This document shows positions 1 to 9,444 of a stretch of 64,000 bases of DNA, piece after piece; position 1 is the stretch's first letter, and each line of letters begins with the position of its first letter. A program made the position numbers and the translations under genes. Under the pieces are notes generated by a model. The model searched no databases and was not told the DNA's origin. It saw only the letters and a list, made by a program, of their open reading frames with translations. The DNA lies in contig JAFGCB010000025.1 in assembly GCA_016932855.1 (NCBI GenBank), positions 13,868 through 77,867 on the forward strand, read 5' to 3'. The stretch is from Candidatus Omnitrophota bacterium. GTDB lineage: Bacteria > Omnitrophota > Gorgyraeia > Duberdicusellales > Duberdicusellaceae.

Positions 1-2
1 CG

Positions 3-149
3 AAAGGCGAAAGCACGCAGGCGTTTTTATCCAGGATATCCAAGAAAACCGCCAGGCCGAAAAGAGAAGATAATTTTAAACTGGATCCTGCTCAAGCTTT
101 GAAGGTTAACGAAGAGCTTAAGGGTATATGGAAAGAAAAGTACTTGTAA
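3..149 (+). CDS. 3' end of a CDS truncated by the window edge (unknown product)
   Basis: Open frame from the window start (KGESTQAFLSRISKK...WKEKYL*) that overlaps the start of the next gene. Confidence 0.55.
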   Translation, partial: KGESTQAFLSRISKKTARPKREDNFKLDPAQALKVNEELKGIWKEKYL

Positions 150-625
150 GTTATTGTCTTTTAGGCAAAAATTGCCGCTTTGACGGAAAGAATCGTTTTA
201 ACGCAGGGCTTGTAAGATTTCTTAATAAAAACAAGGTAAAGCCCGTAGGCGTCTGTCCCGAAGAATTAGGCGGCCTTAAGGGAAAAAGAGGGCCGTTTGA
301 ATTTAAAGGCCGACCTTCTTCAGTTATAAACGGCAAGACCGCAGTTCGGGATATAAAAGGCGCGGACTTTACGGCTAATTTCATAAAAGGCGCTTACGGC
401 GCGCTGAGCATTGCCAGGAAAAACAGGATACGGCTGGCAATTCTTAAATCCAAAAGCCCTTCCTGCGGATGCGACTATACATACAACGGAAGCTTTAAGA
501 AGATTGTAAAAAAAGGCTTAGGTATCACCGCCTACATATTAAAAAAGAACAAAATAAGATTATTTTCCGATAACCAATATAAAAAATTAAGAAGTGCCAT
601 GTGTAATGTGCCGGGTGCGAGGTAG
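128..625 (+). CDS. DUF523 family protein (2-thiouracil desulfurase TudS-like, Fe-S)
   Basis: Cys motifs SxCLLGxxCRFDG, CPEELGGL and KSPSCG typical of DUF523. Confidence 0.85.
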   Translation: MERKVLVSYCLLGKNCRFDGKNRFNAGLVRFLNKNKVKPVGVCPEELGGLKGKRGPFEFKGRPSSVINGKTAVRDIKGADFTANFIKGAYGALSIARKNRIRLAILKSKSPSCGCDYTYNGSFKKIVKKGLGITAYILKKNKIRLFSDNQYKKLRSAMCNVPGAR

Positions 626-697
626 ATAAATATTATGGACGTGCGCACAGCATTAAATAGACAGCGTTTTATATAGGCACTTGGCACTAGACACTAT
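594..697. repeat. Degenerate heptamer tandem arrays in inverted arrangement (GTGCNNN x4 ... GCACTNG x3)
   Basis: gtgccat gtgtaat gtgccgg gtgcgag (594-621) and gcacttg gcactag acactat (677-697). Confidence 0.6.
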
Positions 698-702
698 ATT
701 AA

Positions 703-1455
703 ATGGATTTCATAAAATTTCTGGGTACGGCCGGCGCGCGATTTGTGATGATAAGACAGCTTCGGGCATCCGGGGGCTTGTGGGTGTCGTATAAAGATAC
801 CAATATTCTCATTGACCCTGGTCCGGGAAGTCTTATTCGGGCTTTAAAATCCAGGCCTAAGCTTGACCCCTCCGCGCTAGACGGCATAATTCTTACTCAT
901 AAGCATCTCGACCATTCAAACGATATAAATCTTATGATTGAAGCAATGACCGGCGGCGGATTTAAGAAGAGGGGGGTAGTTTTTGCTCCCCGGGACTGTT
1001 TTGGAGAGGGCGGCGTTATATTTGATTACGCTTCTAAATTTCCGCAAGAAATCAGACATCTTAAAAAAGGCTCTTTTAAAGTAAAGGACTTTGAATTTGA
1101 AGTTCCTTTAAAGATGAGGCACCCGGTAGAGACTTACGGAATCCGTTTTGAAATAAACGGGAGGAAAGTTTCCTTGATTGCGGATACCGAGTATTTTCAG
1201 GATTTAAGCAAGTATTACAAGGCAGATATTTTAATAATAAATTTAGTTTTTCTGGAGAAGCGAAGTAATATCGCGCATCTTTGTCTTAGCGAGGCAAAGA
1301 AAATAATCTCCGCCATTAAGCCCAAAGAGGCGATTCTTACTCATTTCGGTATGACCATACTTAAAGCAAAACCCCATATTTTAGAGGAGTCGCTTAATAA
1401 AGAGCTAAACAGCAGGATAAGGCTTGCTTATGACGGCATGAGGCTTGATTTTTGA
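703..1455 (+). CDS. MBL-fold metallo-hydrolase
   Basis: FLGTAG start, IDPGPG, THKHLDH metal motif, later H and D ligands, LTHF. Confidence 0.9.
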   Translation: MDFIKFLGTAGARFVMIRQLRASGGLWVSYKDTNILIDPGPGSLIRALKSRPKLDPSALDGIILTHKHLDHSNDINLMIEAMTGGGFKKRGVVFAPRDCFGEGGVIFDYASKFPQEIRHLKKGSFKVKDFEFEVPLKMRHPVETYGIRFEINGRKVSLIADTEYFQDLSKYYKADILIINLVFLEKRSNIAHLCLSEAKKIISAIKPKEAILTHFGMTILKAKPHILEESLNKELNSRIRLAYDGMRLDF

Positions 1456-1514
1456 TTTTCATGCGGATCGGGGTTTAGGTTGAACTGGTTTTAAGCCGGT
1501 GATAGAATAAACAC

Positions 1515-1880
1515 ATGCCTGAGAGGAAATTTATATTTATAGTTGATGACGATGAGGGTTTTGTCGATATAATCGGCTCTTTTTTAGTTAGAAAAGGTTA
1601 CGCTGTAGAGATCGCCAAGAGCGTAGACAAAGCCCTGGAAAAGCTGCCTAGCCTGGAGCCCGACGCTTGCCTTGTTGATTTGCTTTTGGATGACGGCGAC
1701 GGATTGAAGGTGGTGGAGCAGATAAAGAAGATTCATCCTGCGGCATACATAATAGTTTTGAGCGGACACAGAGAAGACGAAGCGTCTAAGCAAGCTAAAG
1801 AGGCCGGGGCAGACGAGTTCGTCCCCAAGCCCCTAACCACTTCCCAATTAAAAGGCATACTTGATAAAATCTTTACTTGA
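1515..1880 (+). CDS. Single-domain response regulator (REC)
   Basis: IVDDD, phosphoacceptor LVDLLL, LSG, FVPKP. Confidence 0.9.
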   Translation: MPERKFIFIVDDDEGFVDIIGSFLVRKGYAVEIAKSVDKALEKLPSLEPDACLVDLLLDDGDGLKVVEQIKKIHPAAYIIVLSGHREDEASKQAKEAGADEFVPKPLTTSQLKGILDKIFT

Positions 1881-1892
1881 TTTTCTGTATTT

Positions 1893-2264
1893 ATGAAGCA
1901 AGCGGATGGTTTTTATAAATATTGGTCCTTTTTGATAATTTATACGCTTTTTATTTTTTTTATTTCAACTTTTCCGGGAAATTATTTCCAAAAGGCGCCT
2001 CGGTTTATTTTTTTAGATAAAATAGCCCACATATTTATTTATTCGGTATTAGGCCTCATTTCGTTAAGAGCCTTTCGCGGGGAAAAGGGAATCACAGGGC
2101 GTAATTTATTGTTTTGTCTTATCTACTGTATGTTGGTGGGGGTTTTCGACGAGGCTTATCAAAGCCTTGTTCCTGAAAGGACGGTTGATTTCTTTGATTT
2201 GCTGTCTGATTTTTCGGGAGCATTAATCGGAAGCCTAATATATTATAAATCAGTGACTTTTTGA
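1893..2264 (+). CDS. VanZ-like family membrane protein
   Basis: DKIAH..Y..LG and DEAYQSLVPER....DL..D..G motifs; hydrophobic. Confidence 0.85.
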   Translation: MKQADGFYKYWSFLIIYTLFIFFISTFPGNYFQKAPRFIFLDKIAHIFIYSVLGLISLRAFRGEKGITGRNLLFCLIYCMLVGVFDEAYQSLVPERTVDFFDLLSDFSGALIGSLIYYKSVTF

Positions 2265-3874
2265 TTAGAGCCATGTCGATAAGCAGATTATTAACCCGGA
2301 AAACGCGCCGAGAGTTTAAAGATTTAACCGAGGTATTGTCCTATCAGGCGGAATACAGCCCTAGTAAGCCTTTCATAATATTCGGCCAGAAGAGGATAAC
2401 TTTTAAAGAACTGGATTTTTCAGCCGGTCGACTCGCCGCTTTTTTATCTCTTCAAGGCGTAGCAAAAGGCGACAGGGTCTGCCTTTGGATGTACAACTGC
2501 CCGGAGTTTGTCATTTCTTATTTCGCGATTCTCAAATTAGGCGCGACTGTGGTCCCGATTAATAATATGTTTAAGCGGGAAGAAGCAAAATATATCATTG
2601 AAGATGCGGAGTGCGGAGTTCTGCTGTTTTCGCCGGAGAAAATCGAAGATTGCCTGAATTTAAACTTAAGGGTAGCAAGCCTTGATAAGATTATATCTTT
2701 TTCTTTCAGCAAGGAAGTTTACCCGGAGGTCGCCGACTTGTATGAGGCAATAGATAATAATGAGGTTCTTGGTGAAAAGGCCGAAATCGACCCTGATGAT
2801 CTTGCTGAAATCCTGTATACTTCCGGAACTACCGGAAAGCCTAAGGGAGCGTGTCTTAGCCACAAGAATCTGATTTCCAATGTTGAAGATTGCCGGGTTA
2901 TTATCAGGGCAACCGCCAAAGATACCTTTATATGTTTTTTGCCTTTATTCCATTCTTTTGCATCTACGGTCTGCATGCTTTTTCCTTTGTATGTAGGCAG
3001 TTCCACGGTAATCTTTAGGGCAATAAGGCCTTTTAAACGGGTCTTAAGAAGTATCCGTAAAAACCGGATAACTATATTCGTGGGAGTGCCTTCCATATAT
3101 TCCCTTTTGAAGGATATGAAGCTGCCTTGGATTTTAACGACGTTGCTTAGGCCTTTATTTATTCCTTTACGCGTATGTATTTCAGGAGCCGCCGCTCTTC
3201 CTGTTAATGTCGCACCTGTATTCGAAAGGAAATTAAAAGTCCCTCTTTTAGAAGGTTACGGCTTAACCGAGACCTCTCCGGTAGCTACTCTAAACCCTTT
3301 GAGGGGAGAGCGAAAACCCGGTTCGATCGGCCTGGCCTTACCTTCAGTAGAACTTAAGGTTGTAAATCGCAGCGGAGAGCCGCTTGAAAGAGGCGAAATC
3401 GGAGAGCTTTTAATAAAAGGGCCTAATGTAATGAAAGGTTATTTTAAGATGGAGCAGGCTTCAGCCGAGGTTATCGAGAAAGGCTTTCTTCATACCGGCG
3501 ATTTAGCCAGAATAGACAACCAGGGTTATGTTTATATTGAGGGCCGGATAAAAGAGATGATAAACGTAAGAGGTTTGAATGTCTACCCTAAAGAGATAGA
3601 GGATGTTTTGTATCAACTTACCTTTGTTAAAGAAGCCGCGGTCGTGGGCGTAAATCACCCTAAGAAAGGGGAGGTTCCTATAGGGTTCGTGGTTCTTAAG
3701 GATAACCAAACAAGCGACTCCGGACAGATTCTTAAGTTCTTAAGAGAGCATTTAGCTCCCTTTAAAGTGCCCTTAAGAATAGAATTCCGCGATAATCTTC
3801 CTAAAAACACCACCGGCAAGATTTTAAAATACGTTCTCAAGCAGCAGCTAGAAGCAGCGTTATTCAGCCGCTAA
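2261..3874 (+). CDS. fadD: Long-chain fatty-acid--CoA ligase (AMP-binding enzyme)
   Basis: YTSGTTGKPKG, EGYGLTET, TGDL and PKNTTGKI adenylation motifs; true start may be ATG 2273. Confidence 0.88.
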   Translation: MIRAMSISRLLTRKTRREFKDLTEVLSYQAEYSPSKPFIIFGQKRITFKELDFSAGRLAAFLSLQGVAKGDRVCLWMYNCPEFVISYFAILKLGATVVPINNMFKREEAKYIIEDAECGVLLFSPEKIEDCLNLNLRVASLDKIISFSFSKEVYPEVADLYEAIDNNEVLGEKAEIDPDDLAEILYTSGTTGKPKGACLSHKNLISNVEDCRVIIRATAKDTFICFLPLFHSFASTVCMLFPLYVGSSTVIFRAIRPFKRVLRSIRKNRITIFVGVPSIYSLLKDMKLPWILTTLLRPLFIPLRVCISGAAALPVNVAPVFERKLKVPLLEGYGLTETSPVATLNPLRGERKPGSIGLALPSVELKVVNRSGEPLERGEIGELLIKGPNVMKGYFKMEQASAEVIEKGFLHTGDLARIDNQGYVYIEGRIKEMINVRGLNVYPKEIEDVLYQLTFVKEAAVVGVNHPKKGEVPIGFVVLKDNQTSDSGQILKFLREHLAPFKVPLRIEFRDNLPKNTTGKILKYVLKQQLEAALFSR

Positions 3875-4007
3875 ATAATACTTTAAATCCGCCTGCCGGA
3901 CTGCAAAAACTCTTGCAAAATTTCGGTAATTATGATAGATTAGCCTACCTAAAATTTAGTAATCTATTTAGGCATATTTATCTGGGTTAGCTGAGAATTT
4001 ATCAAAA

Positions 4008-5891
4008 ATGAATACCAATACACTTAATCTGCTGGAAAACAGGCTTGATTCGGCGAATGTTCAGAAGCTCAAGGCTTTGGAGAATCCTTCTCTTCTTGAT
4101 TTTGTAGCTGATTTTATTGAGCTTTGTAACCCGAAAGAAGTGTTTGTAAGGACTGATTCTTCATCCGACGCAGAGTATATACGGAAAAAAGCCCTTGAGT
4201 TTGGAGAAGAAAGAAAGCTTGGCTTACCCGGCCATAGTCTTCATTTTGACAGTTTTTTTGATCAGGGAAGGGATAAGAAAGCAACTCAGTATCTTCTGCC
4301 TAAAGGAAAGAGTCTAGGTCATTACGGTAACAGCATTGATCGCCAGGGGGGCCTGGAAGAAATTAGGACCCAGCTTAAAGATATCATGAAAGACAAGTTG
4401 ATGTTTATAGCTTTCTTTTGCCTTGGCCCTCTACATTCCGACTTTTCTATTTTAGCGGTTCAGATAACCGATTCTGCCTATGTGGCCCATTCCGAAGATA
4501 TTCTTTACCGGCCGGGATATGAGGAATTTAAGAACAAAAAGAGCCCGTCATTTTTTCGTTTTGTCCATAGCGCCGGAGAATTGGAGAGTAACGTATCGAA
4601 AAACATAGACAGCCGGAGGGTCTACATTGATTTGGAAGAAAGTACGGTTTACAGCGTTAATACCCAGTATGCCGGAAATACCGTCGGTCTTAAGAAGCTT
4701 GCCTTGCGTTTAGCGATAAATAAAGCTTCGAAAGAAGGCTGGCTCGCCGAGCATATGTTTGTAATGGGCATAAACGATGAAGGCGGCAAAAAAGCTTATT
4801 TTTGCGGAGCTTACCCAAGTATGTGCGGGAAGACCTCGACGGCGATGATTCAGGGAGAGTCTATTATTGGCGATGATATCGCTTATCTCTGGGCTAACAA
4901 TGGCAAAGCGGCCGCGGCTAATGTGGAAAGAGGTATTTTTGGTATTATAAAGGATGTTAATTCCAAAGATGACGCGATTTTATTTAAATCCTTAAGTCAG
5001 CCGGGAGAAGTAATCTTTTCTAATATTTTGGTCGATAAGCATCTTAAACCTTACTGGATAGGTAAAGATGCTGAGCTTCCTTCTTCGGGGATCAACTTCG
5101 CCGGAGAGTGGTTTCCCGGAAAAACCGATGAATGCGGAGAAGAAATCCCACCTTCTCACAAAAACGCCCGTTATACCATACGTCTTTCGGCTTTGGAGAA
5201 TGTCGATCCCAAGCTAGAGGATTCTAGGGGGGTTGAGGTAGAAGGCATTATTTACGGCGGTAGAGATTCAGATACTTCATGCCCGGTTGAAGAAGCGTTT
5301 TCCTGGCAGCACGGGATCATCACTAAGGCCGCAATCCTTGAGTCGGAGACTACTGCCGCTACTCTGGGGCAGGAAGGGGTGCGCGTTTTTAATCCTATGT
5401 CCAATATAGACTTTTTATCGATTCCTTTAGGCAAGTATCTGGATATGAATTTAGATTTTGGAAGAAAGGTTGAAAAACCGCCTTTTATTTTTTCAGTAAA
5501 TTATTTTTTGCGGGACAAGCATAAAGGCTTTTTGAACGATATGGAAGATAAGCGGGTCTGGCTTAAATGGATGCGCTTAAGGGTGGATAGAGCAGTTTCT
5601 TCACTGGCGACCCCTACAGGTTTGATTCCCAGGTACGAAGATTTAAAAGCTTTGTTTAAGAAAGTGCTGGGCAAGGATTATTTTAAAAAGGATTATATTG
5701 AGCAGTTTACTCTGCGTGTCCCTGAGAACTTAGCCAAGATAAAGCGGGTAGGAAACATTTACGCCGGGGCGCAGAATATCCCCCAGGTATTATTCGAGGA
5801 GTTAAAAAAGCAAGAGGAAAGGCTTATTGAGTGCCAGAAGAAATTCGGCGATTACGTAAGCCCGGATATGTTTAAGGAGGAGACTGCATGA
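4008..5891 (+). CDS. pckG: Phosphoenolpyruvate carboxykinase (GTP)
   Basis: WLAEHM, PSMCGKT P-loop, IGDDIA, SHKNARY, FSVNYF. Confidence 0.92.
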   Translation: MNTNTLNLLENRLDSANVQKLKALENPSLLDFVADFIELCNPKEVFVRTDSSSDAEYIRKKALEFGEERKLGLPGHSLHFDSFFDQGRDKKATQYLLPKGKSLGHYGNSIDRQGGLEEIRTQLKDIMKDKLMFIAFFCLGPLHSDFSILAVQITDSAYVAHSEDILYRPGYEEFKNKKSPSFFRFVHSAGELESNVSKNIDSRRVYIDLEESTVYSVNTQYAGNTVGLKKLALRLAINKASKEGWLAEHMFVMGINDEGGKKAYFCGAYPSMCGKTSTAMIQGESIIGDDIAYLWANNGKAAAANVERGIFGIIKDVNSKDDAILFKSLSQPGEVIFSNILVDKHLKPYWIGKDAELPSSGINFAGEWFPGKTDECGEEIPPSHKNARYTIRLSALENVDPKLEDSRGVEVEGIIYGGRDSDTSCPVEEAFSWQHGIITKAAILESETTAATLGQEGVRVFNPMSNIDFLSIPLGKYLDMNLDFGRKVEKPPFIFSVNYFLRDKHKGFLNDMEDKRVWLKWMRLRVDRAVSSLATPTGLIPRYEDLKALFKKVLGKDYFKKDYIEQFTLRVPENLAKIKRVGNIYAGAQNIPQVLFEELKKQEERLIECQKKFGDYVSPDMFKEETA

Positions 5892-6769
5892 TCTTGGATA
5901 AAGCCGAACTTAAGGGTTTTAAGCTGTTTAAAAGAGGTAAAGTACGAGATGTTTATGATTTAGATGATAAGCTTTTAATGATTGCCACCGACAGAATATC
6001 CTGTTTTGACGTGGTCTTGCCTACTCCGATTCCGGAGAAAGGCAAGATCTTAACCCGGATTTCTTTGTTTTGGTTTTCTTTTCTGAAGGATATAGTCGAT
6101 AACCATCTTATTTCCGACAATCTCCAAGATTTGCCCCCAGCTTTTAAGGAATTTAAAGAAACCTTAAGCGGAAGGTTCATGTTGACCAAAAAATGCAAGG
6201 TTATGCCTTTTGAATGCGTGGTAAGAGGCTATCTTTCCGGTTCAGGCTGGAAAGAGTATAAGGCCAGCAATAGTGTTTGCGGTATTAATTTACCCCGGGG
6301 ATTAGTCGAATCATCGAAGCTAAGGGAGCCTATATTTAGTCCGGCCACCAAGGCTGAATCAGGCCACGATGAAAATGTGGATTTTAACTATATGAAAAAT
6401 AAGATAGGAGCAGAGTTTGCCGAGAGAATGAAAAACTTAAGTTTGTCGTTATACGCGAAAGCCTCGGAATTTATAGAGGAAAAAGGAATAATAATCGCTG
6501 ACACCAAGTTTGAGTTTGGCTTCGACGGAGAAGAATTAATCTTAGTCGACGAGGCCCTGACCCCGGATTCTTCTCGTTTCTGGCCGAAAGAGGAATATGC
6601 CCCCGGAGGTCCCCAGGCAAGCTTTGATAAGCAATACGTAAGAGATTATCTTGAATCGTTAGATTGGGACAAGACCCCTCCCGGACCAGTACTGCCCGAT
6701 GAAGTTGTAACTAAAACCAGAGAAAAGTATTTGGCCGCACTTAAAATAGTTACCGGTAAAACCATTTAG
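5888..6769 (+). CDS. purC: SAICAR synthetase
   Basis: GKVRDVY, TDRISCFD, ECVVRGY, ADTKFEFG, TPDSSRFW, DKQYVRD. Confidence 0.97.
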   Translation: MILDKAELKGFKLFKRGKVRDVYDLDDKLLMIATDRISCFDVVLPTPIPEKGKILTRISLFWFSFLKDIVDNHLISDNLQDLPPAFKEFKETLSGRFMLTKKCKVMPFECVVRGYLSGSGWKEYKASNSVCGINLPRGLVESSKLREPIFSPATKAESGHDENVDFNYMKNKIGAEFAERMKNLSLSLYAKASEFIEEKGIIIADTKFEFGFDGEELILVDEALTPDSSRFWPKEEYAPGGPQASFDKQYVRDYLESLDWDKTPPGPVLPDEVVTKTREKYLAALKIVTGKTI

Positions 6770-6778
6770 AGATTCGGC

Positions 6779-7969
6779 ATGTTTTCAGAAATAGCCCAAA
6801 GTATAAGTCCTTCAATGACCCTTGCGATTTCAACTAAAGCCAAGGTTATGAAGGCCCAGGGTTTGGATGTTGTTGGATTCGGAGCAGGCGAACCTGATTT
6901 TGATACGCCTTTGCGCATAAAAGAAGCAGCTAAAAAAGCAATTGACCAGGGCTATACCAAATATACTCCGGCTTCAGGCATGCCCCAGCTTAAAGAAGCC
7001 ATAGTAAAGAAATTTAATAAAGAAAACGGTCTTAGCTACCAGCTTGATGAGATATTAGTCGGCTGCGGAGCAAAGCACGTTATTTCTGAAATAATCTTTT
7101 GTTTAGTCAATGCCGGCGACGAGGTAATAATCCCGGCTCCTTACTGGGTCAGTTATCCTGAGATGGTAAAGCTTTGCGGAGGAGTAAGTGTTTTTGTCAA
7201 ATCCACTCAAGAGGATAATTTTAAGATAACCGCCGGGATGCTTAAGGAGAAAATAACTAATAAAACAAAACTTTTAATCTTAAATTCGCCTTCCAATCCT
7301 ACCGGAGCGGTATATAGCCGGGCTGAGCTTAAGGCCCTAGCCCAAGTAATAGAGGAAGAAAAGATTTATTGTATTTCCGATGAGATATACGAAAAGTTAG
7401 TCTATGATAATGCAGAGCATGTAAGCATTGCTGGTTTTTCCAGGGGTTTAAAAGATAAGACCATCGTTATAAACGGAGTATCCAAGGCCTATTCTATGAC
7501 CGGTTGGCGCATAGGTTATGCCGGGGGTGCAAAACAGATAATAAAGATAGCTTCAAGCGTCCAATCTCATACAACTTCAAATCCTACGTCTATTTCGCAA
7601 ATTGCAGCCATTGAAGCCCTCCAAGGCCCGCAAGATGAAGTCGCTGAAATGAAGGGGGAATTCGAAAAGCGAAGAGGCTATTTAGTTGAGAAAATCGGCA
7701 GTATAAAAGGCTTAACCTGCATAAAACCCCAGGGTGCCTTTTACAGCTTTGTGGATATTTCCAAGCTGCTGGGTAAAAAATCTAATGGGGCTGAGATAAA
7801 AGGATCACTTTCCTTTTCCGAAATTCTTTTAAATGAAGCAAAGGTCGCGGTAGTTCCCGGGATTGCCTTCGGAGACGATAATTTCGTGAGGCTTTCCTAC
7901 GCGATTTCAATGGAAACGATGAAAAAAGGTTTGGATAGGATAGAGGAGTTTGTGGGAGGATTAAAATGA
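6779..7969 (+). CDS. aspC: Class I/II PLP-dependent aminotransferase (aspartate aminotransferase)
   Basis: GEPDF, NSPSNPTG, SDEIY, SKAYSMTGWRIGY. Confidence 0.9.
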   Translation: MFSEIAQSISPSMTLAISTKAKVMKAQGLDVVGFGAGEPDFDTPLRIKEAAKKAIDQGYTKYTPASGMPQLKEAIVKKFNKENGLSYQLDEILVGCGAKHVISEIIFCLVNAGDEVIIPAPYWVSYPEMVKLCGGVSVFVKSTQEDNFKITAGMLKEKITNKTKLLILNSPSNPTGAVYSRAELKALAQVIEEEKIYCISDEIYEKLVYDNAEHVSIAGFSRGLKDKTIVINGVSKAYSMTGWRIGYAGGAKQIIKIASSVQSHTTSNPTSISQIAAIEALQGPQDEVAEMKGEFEKRRGYLVEKIGSIKGLTCIKPQGAFYSFVDISKLLGKKSNGAEIKGSLSFSEILLNEAKVAVVPGIAFGDDNFVRLSYAISMETMKKGLDRIEEFVGGLK

Positions 7970-7978
7970 GGTCACAAC

Positions 7979-8114
7979 TTACGGAATGAAATGACGTAAG
8001 CTGCTTGACCGAACTTAACCCCGCACCTTTGTCTTATTCGCTTCGCGATGAATAGTTCAAAGGCGCGGGGTTTAATCCGACCATATGATTTACGTCACCC
8101 TTAGGGTTCCGTAA
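7979..8114. repeat. Nested REP-like inverted-repeat element (long hairpin)
   Basis: Nested arms ttacggaa/ttccgtaa, tgacgtaa/ttacgtca and aaccccgcacctttg/caaaggcgcggggtt. Confidence 0.75.
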
Positions 8115-8141
8115 AACATGGTTTCATTAAAGGAGGTAATG

Positions 8142-9374
8142 ATGCCGAGGATTTATATTATTGATGTGACTAATCGGGACGGGGTGCAGACTTCCCGAAT
8201 TTGTTTATCCAAATTAGAAAAAACTATAATTAACATTTACCTTAATAACTTCGGAGTCTTCCAGAGCGAATTCGGTTTTCCCTTCACTCACCACGAGATT
8301 AACTATTTAAACGCTAATTTGGAGTTGGCTGAAATGAAAGTTATATCTCCCATGCGTTTGGGCGGCTGGGTAAGGGCTATTCCCGGGGATATCGAATTAG
8401 CCTTTAAGAATGTCCCTAAGATCAAGTATTTGAATCTTTCGATTTCTACATCGGCTCAGATGATAAAGCATAAATTTCAAGGTAAGCTTGCCGAGAAAGA
8501 TGTGATAAAGGCTATGCAAAAATCAGTCAACTTAGCCCTTCAAAAGGGCGGTCGTCAACTGGGCGTTAATGCCGAAGATGCCTCACGAACGGATTTAAAA
8601 TACTTAATCGAGTTTGCTCTGGCTGCGAAAGAAGCGGGAGCTAGTCGAATAAGATATTGTGACACATTGGGTTACGACTCACCATTCTCCATTTACCAAC
8701 GAGTAACGACTCTAGCCGAAAAAGTAAAAATCCCTATTGAGCTTCATTGTCACAATGATTTAGGCCTGGCTGTGGCTAATTCACTTTCAGGGGCAAAAGC
8801 TGCTCTTGATGCCGGAGTTGACGCTTACATAAATACCTGCGTAAACGGGGTTGGCGAAAGAGCCGGTAATGCTGATATTGTTTCGGTAGTACTCGCGATT
8901 ATGTACTCGCAGGGGATTGAAAAAAAATACAAGCTAGGCGAAGGAATAAAATTGGATGTGGCCTGGCGGATGTGCAAATATGCCTCATATGCTTTAAATA
9001 TTCCCATCCCCATAAATCAGCCGGGAATAGGCGCTAATGCTTTTGCTCATGAATCAGGCATTCACGCTGACGGCGCTTTAAAGAACCGGCGTAACTACGA
9101 GCTCTATGATTATGAAGATTTAGGACGCGGCGAGCCTGAGATTATTGATACCGGTAGACAAATTACTGTCGGTGAATACTCGGGGATTAAAGGTTTTAGA
9201 AACGTCTATGCGAAGCTGGCAGTAAAGTTTAGGGATGATAGAGAAGCCGCGGAGGTCTTAGAGCTTGCCCGATACGCCAACGTCCATAATCAAAAGCCTC
9301 TGGTTAATGAGGAGCTTAGATTTATTGCTAAATATCCGAAAATAGCCAAAAAGATTTTTCAGATGTCCTGTTGA
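8142..9374 (+). CDS. DRE-TIM metallolyase, homocitrate synthase-like (probable Re-citrate synthase)
   Basis: DVTNRDGVQ, HCHNDLGLA, GERAGNA, AHESGIH; no C-terminal regulatory domain; RBS aggagg at 8131. Confidence 0.8.
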   Translation: MPRIYIIDVTNRDGVQTSRICLSKLEKTIINIYLNNFGVFQSEFGFPFTHHEINYLNANLELAEMKVISPMRLGGWVRAIPGDIELAFKNVPKIKYLNLSISTSAQMIKHKFQGKLAEKDVIKAMQKSVNLALQKGGRQLGVNAEDASRTDLKYLIEFALAAKEAGASRIRYCDTLGYDSPFSIYQRVTTLAEKVKIPIELHCHNDLGLAVANSLSGAKAALDAGVDAYINTCVNGVGERAGNADIVSVVLAIMYSQGIEKKYKLGEGIKLDVAWRMCKYASYALNIPIPINQPGIGANAFAHESGIHADGALKNRRNYELYDYEDLGRGEPEIIDTGRQITVGEYSGIKGFRNVYAKLAVKFRDDREAAEVLELARYANVHNQKPLVNEELRFIAKYPKIAKKIFQMSC

Positions 9375-9444
9375 TGGGGCGCAAAAGGGTTTCCAGCGCC
9401 GGCTTAAGGTTTTTAAAAACTGCCTGTAAACTTCCAACCTCCCG

